From an uncultured bacterium (lineage in GTDB: Bacteria > Fermentibacterota > Fermentibacteria > Fermentibacterales > JCC-6): 64,000 bases of DNA. The first letter of the stretch is position 1. Each line of letters opens with the position of its first letter. This document shows positions 1 to 8,747 of this stretch, in pieces. A program made the translations under genes and the position numbers. A model generated the notes under the pieces. The model did not search any database. It was not told the DNA's origin and was given only the letters and a program-made list of their open reading frames with translations. The DNA lies in NCBI GenBank assembly GCA_964607515.1, contig CAZSKU010000008.1, positions 149-64,148 of the forward strand, written 5' to 3'.

Positions 1-141
1 CAGTTGTTTTGTCCCGCCTTTTTTACGAGGCCGGCGGAACCTCGGCATGCTCCCGCAAAACCGCTACCGTACCCGTCGAGACCTGTCGCCCCCACTGTAC
101 ACGGGTATACTGGGCCTGCCGGGGGAATTCGTCAAGTAGGG

Positions 142-170
142 TTGATTTTTTCCCTTGGTTTCAGTATATG
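142..170 (+). promoter_or_regulatory. putative sigma70 promoter of rpmB (TTGATT-17-TATATG)
   Basis: AT-rich hexamers with 17-nt spacer about 37 nt upstream of rpmB ATG; RBS AAGGAG at ~195-200. Confidence 0.35.
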
Positions 171-206
171 TTGCCTTCGTTTGCGCAGACACACAAGGAG
201 ACCGTA

Positions 207-395
207 ATGTCCTGGAAATGCGATATCTGCGGGAAGAAGCCCTCGACGGGCTACCGGGTGAGCCACTCCACCAGGCACACCAAGCATGTCTGGAAGCCCA
301 ACCTTCAGCCCGCCAGGGTTCTGATCAACGGCGTGGTAACTCGTATCAAGGCGTGCACCAGCTGCATCAAGAGCGGCAAGGTCAAGAGGGCATAG
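207..395 (+). CDS. rpmB: 50S ribosomal protein L28
   Basis: 62-aa product MSWKCDICGKKPSTGYRVSHSTRHTKHVWKPNLQ... is a textbook L28; AAGGAG RBS; ends TAG. Confidence 0.9.
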   Translation: MSWKCDICGKKPSTGYRVSHSTRHTKHVWKPNLQPARVLINGVVTRIKACTSCIKSGKVKRA

Positions 396-402
396 CTGTC
401 CC

Positions 403-428
403 GGGGGCGCTTCGGCGCCCCCGTTTTT
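403..428 (+). terminator. rho-independent terminator after rpmB
   Basis: GGGGGCGC-ttcg-GCGCCCCC perfect 8-bp GC stem followed by GTTTTT, 8 nt after rpmB stop; sits between convergent genes. Confidence 0.6.
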
Positions 429-430
429 CC

Positions 431-853
431 TCAGACCCAGTCTCCCAGTCTCCCCTCATCCGCCAGAAGCCTCACCAGGTTCGGCATGCTCTCGAACTGT
501 CGCATGCACAGCCTGTACTCCTCCTCCGTCACCGGCCCGGATTCCGGCCTGCAGAAGATCAGAAGCCCCTCCCGGCTGGCAAGGAGGGGCCTGACTTTGC
601 CGCAGGGGAAATCGTCGCACTGCGCGCAGCTTGCCAGACTCTTTTCCATGGCGCAGGGCCGGGCATGGCAGTTCTTGTCCGCAACCCTGCCATCCGTCCT
701 GCAGCCGTCGCACCGGACGTTCTCCGGGGTGTAGTTCTGATGGCCGAATATCCTTCTCCAGCCGTCCACCAGTTTCCTCCTGACTTCGAGGTCGTCGGAC
801 CTGGCGGCGCAGAGATGGCAACTGTAGCCGCAATAACCGATCATCTCCTCCAT
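431..853 (-). CDS. Cys-rich DUF3795-family protein (paralog A)
   Basis: Start MEEMIGYCGYSCHLCAA with GAGGAGG RBS; conserved CxxxCxxC / CxxC / C..C..C pattern; upstream part of ORF 431..1324 is overlap with next gene and rejected. Confidence 0.6.
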   Translation of the reverse strand: MEEMIGYCGYSCHLCAARSDDLEVRRKLVDGWRRIFGHQNYTPENVRCDGCRTDGRVADKNCHARPCAMEKSLASCAQCDDFPCGKVRPLLASREGLLIFCRPESGPVTEEEYRLCMRQFESMPNLVRLLADEGRLGDWV

Positions 854-861
854 GGTCCTCC

Positions 862-1350
862 TCAGTTGCCGGAACCCCCGTCTTCGCTGGAACCGTTTTC
901 GACCGGTATCCGTATGTCGCAGTAACAGAAACCAGCGTTCCTCCTCTTTTCCTGCTCCTCGACCCACCGCTTCGGGCCCACCTCCTTCAGCCGTCCGCCG
1001 TCGCCCTTGAGGTTCGGGTACCTTCGGGCCAGGGCTTCGATATGCCCGCACGGGTAGTCCGGGCATTCCGGGCAGATCCTCACCCCCCTCTCCGTGGCGC
1101 ACTTTCTGATGAAGCAGTCGGGGTTCCCGCAGCCTCCCCTGCATCCGGGGCACACCGCGTCGTATCCGGCGATCTTCTTCAGAACCTCCCAGAAACCGGT
1201 GAATCCGGGCATCACGTACTCGCCGTAGAATTCCCATCCGTCGGAGGACATGGTTTCCCAGAGGGCTTCGGCCCTTTCGGGGGTTCTGGACATGATACCG
1301 CACAATCGGCAGTACAGACCGCAATACGCAACGTACCGAACATCATCCAT
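862..1350 (-). CDS. Cys-rich DUF3795-family protein (paralog B)
   Basis: Start MDDVRYVAYCGLYCRLCG with GGAGGAAGG RBS; same Cys architecture as paralog A; 8-nt gap to paralog A. Confidence 0.6.
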   Translation of the reverse strand: MDDVRYVAYCGLYCRLCGIMSRTPERAEALWETMSSDGWEFYGEYVMPGFTGFWEVLKKIAGYDAVCPGCRGGCGNPDCFIRKCATERGVRICPECPDYPCGHIEALARRYPNLKGDGGRLKEVGPKRWVEEQEKRRNAGFCYCDIRIPVENGSSEDGGSGN

Positions 1351-1376
1351 GCCTTCCTCCAATTCCGGGGAGCCGT

Positions 1377-1541
1377 TCACCTGTCTCTCCTTCCGAAGAG
1401 ATGCGCCGCTATTCCGAGGAGTCCCAGCAGGTTCACGAGTGCGAAAAGCAATGTGACGCTCCTGCCGAAGTCCGTCAGGAACTGCCCCGCAAGAAGGCCG
1501 AGAGTTCCCGCCGCCGCAAGAATGAATGCCGCCGCCTTCAT
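1377..1541 (-). CDS. small two-helix membrane peptide (54 aa)
   Basis: MKAAAFILAAAGTLGLLAGQF...LLFALVNLLGLLGIAAHLFGRRDR; strong RBS GTAGGAGGGG 6 nt before ATG; lies between radical SAM and DUF3795 genes. Confidence 0.4.
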   Translation of the reverse strand: MKAAAFILAAAGTLGLLAGQFLTDFGRSVTLLFALVNLLGLLGIAAHLFGRRDR

Positions 1542-1630
1542 AGAATCCCCTCCTACATCTTTTTCCGGGGGAATATGACAAAGCACCGGGAGGGAGTCCC
1601 TACCGGTATCCGTTGCGTATTCCGCGGGGG

Positions 1631-3256
1631 CTAGCGCCGTTCCTCGTCCAGCGCCGCAGCGGCCTGGTACTCCCTGGCGAGCCTGGTGTAGCCGAAACCC
1701 ATGTTGAGGAAGTCCCAGCCGAACTGGCTTCCCACCTCCACCTGATGGAAGACCCAGTTCATGTCCACCCCGGCCTTCTCGAAGGCGGTGTTCCAGCCCA
1801 CGCCGGTGAGTCTGGCCTCCAGTGCTGCGGCAACCTTCCTGTCGCCCCGGGAAAGGAGGGCGTAGACATGGGCGTCACGGGGGGAGAACCCGACCACGTC
1901 TTTGATGCCGAGCTTCCCGGCTTCCCGGAGGAAATGGTCGGTGAGGGCCCGGAGTTTCTGAGGGGGCAGCATGGGCGACCACTGGAACGCGGTCCAGGGT
2001 CTGGGAATGAAGGGATCCATCCGCACCGAAACCGGGAGTTTCGTGTTCTGAAGGATCATCTGCAGGAACCGGAGGTTCTCTTCCCGATCCTCGGCGGTTT
2101 CGAAGGGGAGACCGATCTGGAAGTTGATTCTTATCCTTTTCACCCGCGGGTCCGCGGTGGCCAGCTGCTTCAGGTAATCGCGGTTGGTGATTCCCTTTCC
2201 GAGAATCTTTCTGAGCCCGTCTGAACCGGTCTCCGGAGCGAAAAGGAGGGTTTCCACGTCGTAGGAGGAGGGAATCTCCTCAACCATTTCGGGAGCTTCT
2301 CTGCGGTGGGAGCTGGCATGGCAGGTGAGCCCCAGGCTTCCGGCGAAGGATATGATCTCGTCCATCTGGTAGTGACCGGAGGGGGTGCATGCGGTGAAGA
2401 TCACCTTCTCGTTCATGGGAATGCTGCGGATGGTCTCTTCCATCTCCTCCAGGTGTTGCTCGCGGTAGGGGAGGAACAGATACCCGGGCATGCAGAACCT
2501 GCAGTTGTAAGGACAGCCCCGGGCGACCTCGACTATCCAGGTCTCGGGAATGACCGATCTGGCGGAAATGGTTCCCGTCAGTGCGCCCACGCTCTCGGTG
2601 CTGGCCCACTGACGCATTATGCCGAACTTCGGGGAGAGGCCGTGAACCCTGGGAACGAACATCCCGGGAAGCTCCGCGACCTGCTGGAGTATCGCCTCCT
2701 TGGATGCTGCGCAGCGGCCCATGCTCTTCACGGTATCCAGAACCGGGCCAAGGATCGGCTCGCTTTCCCCGATGAGGAAGGCGTCGAAGAAGGGCATCAG
2801 GGGCATGGGGTTAGCGGTGACGCTGAGACCCGTGGCGAACACCAGGGGCCACTTCTCCCGGCGTTTCGCCGCCCGGAGGGTCATGCCAGCCATCTCCATC
2901 ATCTCCAGTGCCGGCAGGTAGTCGCCCTCGCCGGGAATCAGTACCAGAAGCAGGTCGCACTGGTTCAGGGGGGTGCCTGTGTCCAGGGTCACCGGCGCTG
3001 AACCGGACCTTCTGCGCCAGTTGTACTCGTCCTTGTCCGGGTAGAAGGCCCGGGAGCAGACCGTGTCCGACCACGTGGACAACTGCTTGTGTATCCTGTG
3101 GAAGGACAGGTGCGCCATTGCCTGGTCGTAGGGTCTGGGAAAGAGAATGACGGTCTCGAAGAGCCCCCGGGAATTTCCCTGGGCGAGGCTCTTCTCGGTC
3201 TCGAGAAGAACGATCCTGCGCTCGTCGTACCGGTCACCGGCTGATTTCTTGCTCAT
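1631..3256 (-). CDS. radical SAM protein, TIGR03960-like (B12-binding-like N-domain + CxxxCxxC core)
   Basis: CPYNCRFC radical SAM motif; N-terminal PRPYDQAM...GDYLPALEMMEMAGMTL...GESEPIL matches TIGR03960 pattern; start chosen at MSKKSAG with RBS AGAAGAGGAAG. Confidence 0.7.
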   Translation of the reverse strand: MSKKSAGDRYDERRIVLLETEKSLAQGNSRGLFETVILFPRPYDQAMAHLSFHRIHKQLSTWSDTVCSRAFYPDKDEYNWRRRSGSAPVTLDTGTPLNQCDLLLVLIPGEGDYLPALEMMEMAGMTLRAAKRREKWPLVFATGLSVTANPMPLMPFFDAFLIGESEPILGPVLDTVKSMGRCAASKEAILQQVAELPGMFVPRVHGLSPKFGIMRQWASTESVGALTGTISARSVIPETWIVEVARGCPYNCRFCMPGYLFLPYREQHLEEMEETIRSIPMNEKVIFTACTPSGHYQMDEIISFAGSLGLTCHASSHRREAPEMVEEIPSSYDVETLLFAPETGSDGLRKILGKGITNRDYLKQLATADPRVKRIRINFQIGLPFETAEDREENLRFLQMILQNTKLPVSVRMDPFIPRPWTAFQWSPMLPPQKLRALTDHFLREAGKLGIKDVVGFSPRDAHVYALLSRGDRKVAAALEARLTGVGWNTAFEKAGVDMNWVFHQVEVGSQFGWDFLNMGFGYTRLAREYQAAAALDEERR

Positions 3257-3294
3257 CCAGTGGCTTCCTCTTCTGTGAAACGGATTGGGTGAGG

Positions 3295-3322
3295 AATATA
3301 CACGGGACAGGGCGTTCTTCAA
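3295..3322 (-). promoter_or_regulatory. putative sigma70 promoter for radical SAM operon (TTGAAG-16-TATATT)
   Basis: Read on minus strand between ftsZ stop and radical SAM start; AT-rich island in GC-rich DNA. Confidence 0.4.
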
Positions 3323-3343
3323 AACTACGTCTTTTTATTGCCC

Positions 3344-4492
3344 CTAATCGAAATCTCTCTGCAAAAAGCAGGGCAGAGCCGCGTCCCTGGTGTTAACGTT
3401 GCCCGATCCGTGAGCCACCACCGGGAAGGGTATATGTTCCGTTCCCCTTCTTCCCCCCTCGAAAGGCCCCCGGGCCGCCTTGGCCGGAAGATCCATCTCG
3501 ATGGGTTCCGATTCGATCCTGTCCCCGAAGCCGGTGGCGATCACCGTCACCTTTATCTCCGCTTCCACATCGTCGCCGTAGCTGTGGCCGATGAACACCT
3601 GGGCTCCCCGGCCAACCACGTCCGATATGGTTTTCTGGGCGATCATGGCCTCCCTGAACTTCACATCCCGTGAGGAGTGGACGTTCACAAGCACCGCCCG
3701 AGCCCCCTCTATGGATATGCTGTCCAGAAGAGGGTTGGAGATGGCCTGCCTGGCGGCTTCCTCGGCCCTGTTGGGGCCCGTGGCCACTCCGGTTCCCATC
3801 ATTGCGCCCCCGCCGCTGGTGATGACCCGACGGACGTCCTCGAAATCCAGATTGATGGTGCCCGGAACGGAGATGATCCTGTTGATCCCCTCCACCGCGT
3901 TGGCCAGCACGTCGTTGGCCATGGCCAGGGCATCCTCCAGGGTGGCGTCTTCGTCCACCACCGACATGAGCCTGTCGTTGGGAATGATTATCAGGCTGTC
4001 CAGCACCTGCCGGAGGTTCTGAATGCCCTCCTCCGCCCTCTGCTGTTTCACGATCCCCTCATGCTCGAAGGGTCTCGAAACCACTCCCACCGTGATGGCT
4101 CCCTGTTCCCGGGCCACCTGGGCTATCACCGGAGCCGCCCCGGTACCCGTGCCGCCCCCCATGCCCGCGGCGATGAAGACCATGTCGCATCCGGACAGCA
4201 TGTCCTCGATGTCGGTGAGGTTCTCCTCCGCCGCCTGTCTGCCCAGCTCGTGGTTGCCCCCGGTTCCCCTGCCCCGGGTGACCCGGGTGCCGATGATGAG
4301 CTTCTCGTCGTAGAGGCAGTTTTCGAAGTCCTGCACGTCCGTGTTGATGGCGATGTACTGGACTCCACGGATTTTCCGCTGGATCATCCTGGTGATGGCG
4401 TTGCAGCCGCAGCCGCCCACTCCCACCACCTTCAGGCTTATCCTTCCCCCGGAATCCTCGCCAAGCTCCATCAGATCGTATACCGCCGGCAT
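3344..4492 (-). CDS. ftsZ: cell division GTPase FtsZ
   Basis: GGGTGTG tubulin signature, NTDVQ, full-length 382 aa. Confidence 0.95.
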   Translation of the reverse strand: MPAVYDLMELGEDSGGRISLKVVGVGGCGCNAITRMIQRKIRGVQYIAINTDVQDFENCLYDEKLIIGTRVTRGRGTGGNHELGRQAAEENLTDIEDMLSGCDMVFIAAGMGGGTGTGAAPVIAQVAREQGAITVGVVSRPFEHEGIVKQQRAEEGIQNLRQVLDSLIIIPNDRLMSVVDEDATLEDALAMANDVLANAVEGINRIISVPGTINLDFEDVRRVITSGGGAMMGTGVATGPNRAEEAARQAISNPLLDSISIEGARAVLVNVHSSRDVKFREAMIAQKTISDVVGRGAQVFIGHSYGDDVEAEIKVTVIATGFGDRIESEPIEMDLPAKAARGPFEGGRRGTEHIPFPVVAHGSGNVNTRDAALPCFLQRDFD

Positions 4493-4505
4493 CTTGCCCT
4501 CCCTG

Positions 4506-5744
4506 CTATTTCAACGTGTCCAGAAAATTCCTGACCCTTTTCAGCATTCCTTTTCTCGGCCCCGAGACCGTTCCCCTGCCTTTTTTTCCGGTCCTGGCGC
4601 ACCCCATGGCGGCGAGTCCAGCCGCCACCGAAAACTCGGGGGTGCAGAGGAGTTCGCTGGGAGCCTCCGCCGCCCGGGGAAAACCGGTCTCCACGGGAAG
4701 ACCGGTGACGGCCGCCGCAGTGTCCACCAGACCCCGGGTCCTGGACCCGCCGCCGGTGATGATCAACCCTGCCGGCAGGTCTCCGGGCTCCAGTCCGCAC
4801 CTTCTTATTTCCTGGGCGATGGCCTCGCAGATGGCCTCGGTCCTCTGGGCAACCACCTGGGTGACCAGGGGGTGGGAAATCTGCAGGGTACCCCGGTCGC
4901 CCACCCTGGGAACGTTCATCACCATGTTGGGATTGCTGAGCCTGTCGGTGGGAGCCACCTTCTCCACCTTGAGCTTCTCCGCCTGGACCCAGGAGAGCCT
5001 GAGCCGCTGGAGATCCCGGGTGATATGGTCCGACGCCATGGGGAAGGCCGCCAGGTGAACCGGCCCGCCCCCCCGGAATACCGCCAGGCTGGTCATGGAA
5101 CTGCCCATGTCCACGAGCACCACTCCCAGCTCCATCTCGTCGGGGGTCAGCACCGAAGCTCCTGCTGCCAGAATGCCGGGAACCAGCCGGTCTATCTTCC
5201 TTCCGGTGTTCTCCACCAGGGTCGCCAGATTCTCCACCGGAACCCTGTCGGAGTACACCGTGAAAACCCTCGCGGTTACCGAGGAGGCCTGAAGCCCCAG
5301 GGGAGGCTTTTCCAGGCCGGTGAACCTGTCGAAGGCGTAGTCAAGGGTCATCCTCTCCAGGGGTATGCTCCCCGGGGGCAGGTTAATGCCGCCGGCCGCT
5401 TCCAGGGCCGCAGCCACGTCCTTCTCTGAAACGACCCCCGGCTCGTCCACCGTTCCGGTGCCCACTGTCCCGGTGCCCACCAGACCCCTCACGTGGGCGC
5501 CTCCCACTCCCAGAAGAACCTTCTCTATCCTGAAGCCGCAGAGTTCCTCAGCTTCGTCCATTGCCCGGGCCGCGGCGTGAACGGCTCCCTCCATGTCCAC
5601 CAGAATCCCGTCTCTGACGCTGTTCCTGCACTGCGCGACCCCAATGCCGGAGTAGACGGGCTGACCGTTCTCCCCCTCCACGGCCACCACGCACTTCGCA
5701 GACGAAGCGCCTACATCCAGACCCGCATGGTATCCGGCGCTCAT
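4506..5744 (-). CDS. ftsA: cell division protein FtsA
   Basis: Actin-like ATPase; start MSAGYHAGLDVGASSAKCVVA; ATGA overlap with ftsQ stop; the 103-aa N-terminal extension in the ORF track is rejected. Confidence 0.9.
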   Translation of the reverse strand: MSAGYHAGLDVGASSAKCVVAVEGENGQPVYSGIGVAQCRNSVRDGILVDMEGAVHAAARAMDEAEELCGFRIEKVLLGVGGAHVRGLVGTGTVGTGTVDEPGVVSEKDVAAALEAAGGINLPPGSIPLERMTLDYAFDRFTGLEKPPLGLQASSVTARVFTVYSDRVPVENLATLVENTGRKIDRLVPGILAAGASVLTPDEMELGVVLVDMGSSMTSLAVFRGGGPVHLAAFPMASDHITRDLQRLRLSWVQAEKLKVEKVAPTDRLSNPNMVMNVPRVGDRGTLQISHPLVTQVVAQRTEAICEAIAQEIRRCGLEPGDLPAGLIITGGGSRTRGLVDTAAAVTGLPVETGFPRAAEAPSELLCTPEFSVAAGLAAMGCARTGKKGRGTVSGPRKGMLKRVRNFLDTLK

Positions 5745-6403
5745 GAACTCCTCCTGATCACTGCCTGATTGCGGAATCTCAGATCCACCGTGGAAGCGCC
5801 CCGGGAAAGGGGCCTCACGGCGTTCCAGCAGTCCCACCTCTCCTCCAGTCTTTCGGAACCAAGGAGAATGGTGAGGTCCTGCTCCACCACGCTCACACCG
5901 GCCGAGTCCAGCAGCACCAGAGTATTCGCCTGGCGCTCCCCGAGCCAGTCGGCGAAATCCACGGCCACGGCCAGTTCGCGGGGATCGGTCTTTCCTGCGC
6001 ACCTTACCACGGGCAATCCCTGAACCAGCCAAGCCGCCGGGAGTTCGGCGCACTCAGCGCTCACGGGAACCAGGCCTTCGGTGGTCTCCACCACCGCCGC
6101 GGCCTGCTCAAGCTCGACCTCGAGATGAGCCGACGAGGGCCAGAGGGGAATAAGCCGGGCACATTCGACGCCGGGCACTCCGGAGATCTCCCGGGCCAGT
6201 GAATCGGTGTCTATCAGGTGCAGGGGGGTTCCGAAGGCGTCCTGAAGCAGCTCCGCCACCGCCGTGGTGTCGGCGCAGCCGAGGCCGGTTACGTATATCG
6301 TCTCCAGATCGAACCGTCCGTCCCTCTCAGCCCAGCGGAAACACAGCACACCCGCCAGGATCAGGAATGCTCCCAGGGCTACTGCCGCCGCCTTTGCTCT
6401 CAT
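5741..6403 (-). CDS. ftsQ: cell division protein FtsQ (POTRA)
   Basis: N-terminal TM then POTRA-like domain; position between murC and ftsA. Confidence 0.75.
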   Translation of the reverse strand: MRAKAAAVALGAFLILAGVLCFRWAERDGRFDLETIYVTGLGCADTTAVAELLQDAFGTPLHLIDTDSLAREISGVPGVECARLIPLWPSSAHLEVELEQAAAVVETTEGLVPVSAECAELPAAWLVQGLPVVRCAGKTDPRELAVAVDFADWLGERQANTLVLLDSAGVSVVEQDLTILLGSERLEERWDCWNAVRPLSRGASTVDLRFRNQAVIRRSS

Positions 6404-7710
6404 TCCAGCTCCCTCACCGCTTCCCTGGCCATCTCGTCCACGCTCCCGGCGCCCATGAAAACCACCGCCCGGGCTTTCGAACCGCGGATCACTCCGGGGA
6501 TGTCCTCCCGGGATACGGGTCTGAGACGTTCCGGGAATTCGCTTATGATCAGGCTCGAGTCCACCCCGGGCACCGGTTCCTCACGGGAAGGGTAGACAGG
6601 CAGGATCCAGGCGGTGCCGGCGGCGGCCAGCGCCCGGGCCATCTCCCTGTGGAAGATGGCGGTCCGGCTGAAGAGATGAGGCTGGAACACCACGTCCACC
6701 GGCCCCTTCAGGGCGTCCGCGACAGCCTTTATCGCCGCCTCTATCTCCCCTGGATGGTGTGCGTAGTCGCTGATTATCAGTTTCCCCCCCAGGGCGCCGA
6801 TCCGCTCGAGCCTGCGCCGGACTCCTGGCCACTGGTTCAGAGCTTCCGCCGCCGGAATCGGATCCACTCCGGCCGCGTGCGCCAGGGCCACCGCGACTGC
6901 GGCGTTTCTGAGATTATGGACCCCGGGGGCGGGAAAATGTCCCCGGCGGCCCATGAAAGCGTAGTCGGTCCCCCATCCGGAACCGCCCAGGGGCTCCAGG
7001 TGGTAATTTCCGGACGGCCCGCAGGTGACCGTCCTGCGGCCGATCCGGGCTGCCTGGACCGCCAGGTCGGGCTTCTCCACCGGAACGGCCACCGTCCCTC
7101 CGGGAAGCACCTGTTCCAGGAACACCTGGAAAGCCCATTCCAGAGCCTCCGGAGAACCGTAGCACTCCAGGTGCTCGAGGTCGAAGGAAGTTACCGCCGC
7201 ATGGGACGGCCGCAGCCTGAGGAACGCCCGGTCGTACTCGTCGGCCTCCACCACCGCCAGGTTCCCGCCGGGCCGGAAATTCCCGCTCCAGGCCTCCATG
7301 GTTCCACCGAGAAAGACCGTGGGGTTCATACCCGTCTCCTGAAGTATCCATCCGGTCATCGAGGTGGTGCTGGTCTTCCCGTGGGCACCGGCCACCGCCA
7401 GGGTTTCACAGTCCTTCGTGAGTTCAGCCAGGGCCTCGCTTCTCCTGAGAAGCCTGATTCCCCGGCGCCTGGCTTCCGCGAGCTCCGGGGAGCCGTCGGG
7501 CATGGCAGCCGTGAAGACCACCGCGTCCTGGCCCTCCAGGTGGGAAAGGCTGTGGCCCTGGAACACTCTTATCCCCGGCAGATCGCCGGGTTCTCCGGGG
7601 TCCCGGTCACAGCCGGTCACCTCCCACCCCCGGCTCCGGTACCACATGGCCAGAGCGCTCATACCCGCGCCCCGGACCCCTACCAGGTGAACCCTCCCCT
7701 TCATCGGCAA
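6400..7710 (-). CDS. murC: UDP-N-acetylmuramate--L-alanine ligase
   Basis: Mur ligase motifs GTHGKTSTT, DYAHHP. Confidence 0.9.
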   Translation of the reverse strand: MPMKGRVHLVGVRGAGMSALAMWYRSRGWEVTGCDRDPGEPGDLPGIRVFQGHSLSHLEGQDAVVFTAAMPDGSPELAEARRRGIRLLRRSEALAELTKDCETLAVAGAHGKTSTTSMTGWILQETGMNPTVFLGGTMEAWSGNFRPGGNLAVVEADEYDRAFLRLRPSHAAVTSFDLEHLECYGSPEALEWAFQVFLEQVLPGGTVAVPVEKPDLAVQAARIGRRTVTCGPSGNYHLEPLGGSGWGTDYAFMGRRGHFPAPGVHNLRNAAVAVALAHAAGVDPIPAAEALNQWPGVRRRLERIGALGGKLIISDYAHHPGEIEAAIKAVADALKGPVDVVFQPHLFSRTAIFHREMARALAAAGTAWILPVYPSREEPVPGVDSSLIISEFPERLRPVSREDIPGVIRGSKARAVVFMGAGSVDEMAREAVRELE

Positions 7711-8747
7711 AGCCCCCTGATCCCGGCGGACACCTTCTCAGCAGCATTTCCCGGAAGCAGAGCCACCATGGCCGAGGCCATGGCGGCCAGCCGGGGGGAA
7801 TCATTCAGGAGTTCTCCCACCAGGCTCCAGAGCCGGTCCGGGTGGGCATCCTCCTGTACCATCAGCACCGCGGCGCCGGCGTCGGCTGCCACCCGGGCAT
7901 TTGCAGTCTGGTGGTCGTCCGCGGCGTAGGGGTAGGGGATGAAAACCGCGGGCAGACCGAAGGCGGAGAGTTCCGCCATGGTCTGGGCTCCGGCCCTGGC
8001 CACCGCCAGGTCCGCCGAAGAGTACCAGTCGGACAGATCGTCCACGAAACCCCTGACCGTAAAATCCTCCCGGCCCTCCAGCTGACCGGCCATCCGGGCT
8101 TCGTCCCTGACGCCGGACTGCAGCAGCAGCCTGATGCCCGAAGGTCTGGCTGTCGCCAGATCGTTCAGCGCCGAGGCGCCCTGGCTGCCCCCCAGGAAGA
8201 GAACCACCCGGGCGTCCGCCGGAATCCCCAGCCTCTCCCGGGCACCGGCTGCCTTTCCCCGGGTGTCCCGGGGGATGCCCACGGCGCTCACGGGACAGCG
8301 GAAGTACCGTTCCTGTCCCGGAAATGCCGCAAAAGCCAGCCGGCAGAACCTTGACACCCACCGGTTACTCCTTCCGGGCAGGGCGTTGGTGTCCAGGACA
8401 CACCCGGGCACCCCTGAAAGCCATGCCCCCGCGACACAGTAGAAGGAAGCGTAACCCCCGGTACCAAGCACCGCGTCCGCCCGGACGGTCCGGACCAGCC
8501 TCACCGCCCTGGCCAGGGCGGCGGCGCCGGTGAAGGGAAGCAGTATCCTGGATCCCTTGTCTATTCTCGGGCTTCGAAGGGTGAACACCCGATCCCCCTC
8601 CGGGCCGTACATCGCCCGGTCGACAGGCCTTTCAGTACGGGCGTAGAAGACCTCCGCCCACCCCTCCATCATTATTCTGCGCCCCACGGCCAGAGCCGGG
8701 GCGATGTGTCCCCCGGTACCTCCCCCGGCCACCAGCACCCGCTTCAT
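7701..8747 (-). CDS. murG: undecaprenyl-PP-MurNAc-pentapeptide UDP-GlcNAc transferase
   Basis: MKRVLVAGGGTGGHIAPALAV N-terminus, GT28 family. Confidence 0.9.
   Translation of the reverse strand: MKRVLVAGGGTGGHIAPALAVGRRIMMEGWAEVFYARTERPVDRAMYGPEGDRVFTLRSPRIDKGSRILLPFTGAAALARAVRLVRTVRADAVLGTGGYASFYCVAGAWLSGVPGCVLDTNALPGRSNRWVSRFCRLAFAAFPGQERYFRCPVSAVGIPRDTRGKAAGARERLGIPADARVVLFLGGSQGASALNDLATARPSGIRLLLQSGVRDEARMAGQLEGREDFTVRGFVDDLSDWYSSADLAVARAGAQTMAELSAFGLPAVFIPYPYAADDHQTANARVAADAGAAVLMVQEDAHPDRLWSLVGELLNDSPRLAAMASAMVALLPGNAAEKVSAGIRGLCR

Noticed and set aside
155-925. 256-aa plus-strand ORF overlapping rpmB and the DUF3795 gene
   Set aside because: Low-complexity Arg/Pro/Gly-rich translation typical of a spurious frame in high-GC DNA; overlaps well-supported genes.
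1377-1586. TGA-terminated small ORF read through as a selenoprotein fused to the DUF3795 gene
   Set aside because: The downstream frame does not match the DUF3795-B frame and no SECIS-like hairpin follows.
6199-7929. 576-aa plus-strand ORF antisense to murC/murG
   Set aside because: No domain-like sequence; antisense to conserved Mur ligase genes. The same applies to other long antisense ORFs (8879..10114, 9877..11361, 14997..16952, 18381..19643, 21184..22092, 26712..28130, 54600..56381, 56263..57753).
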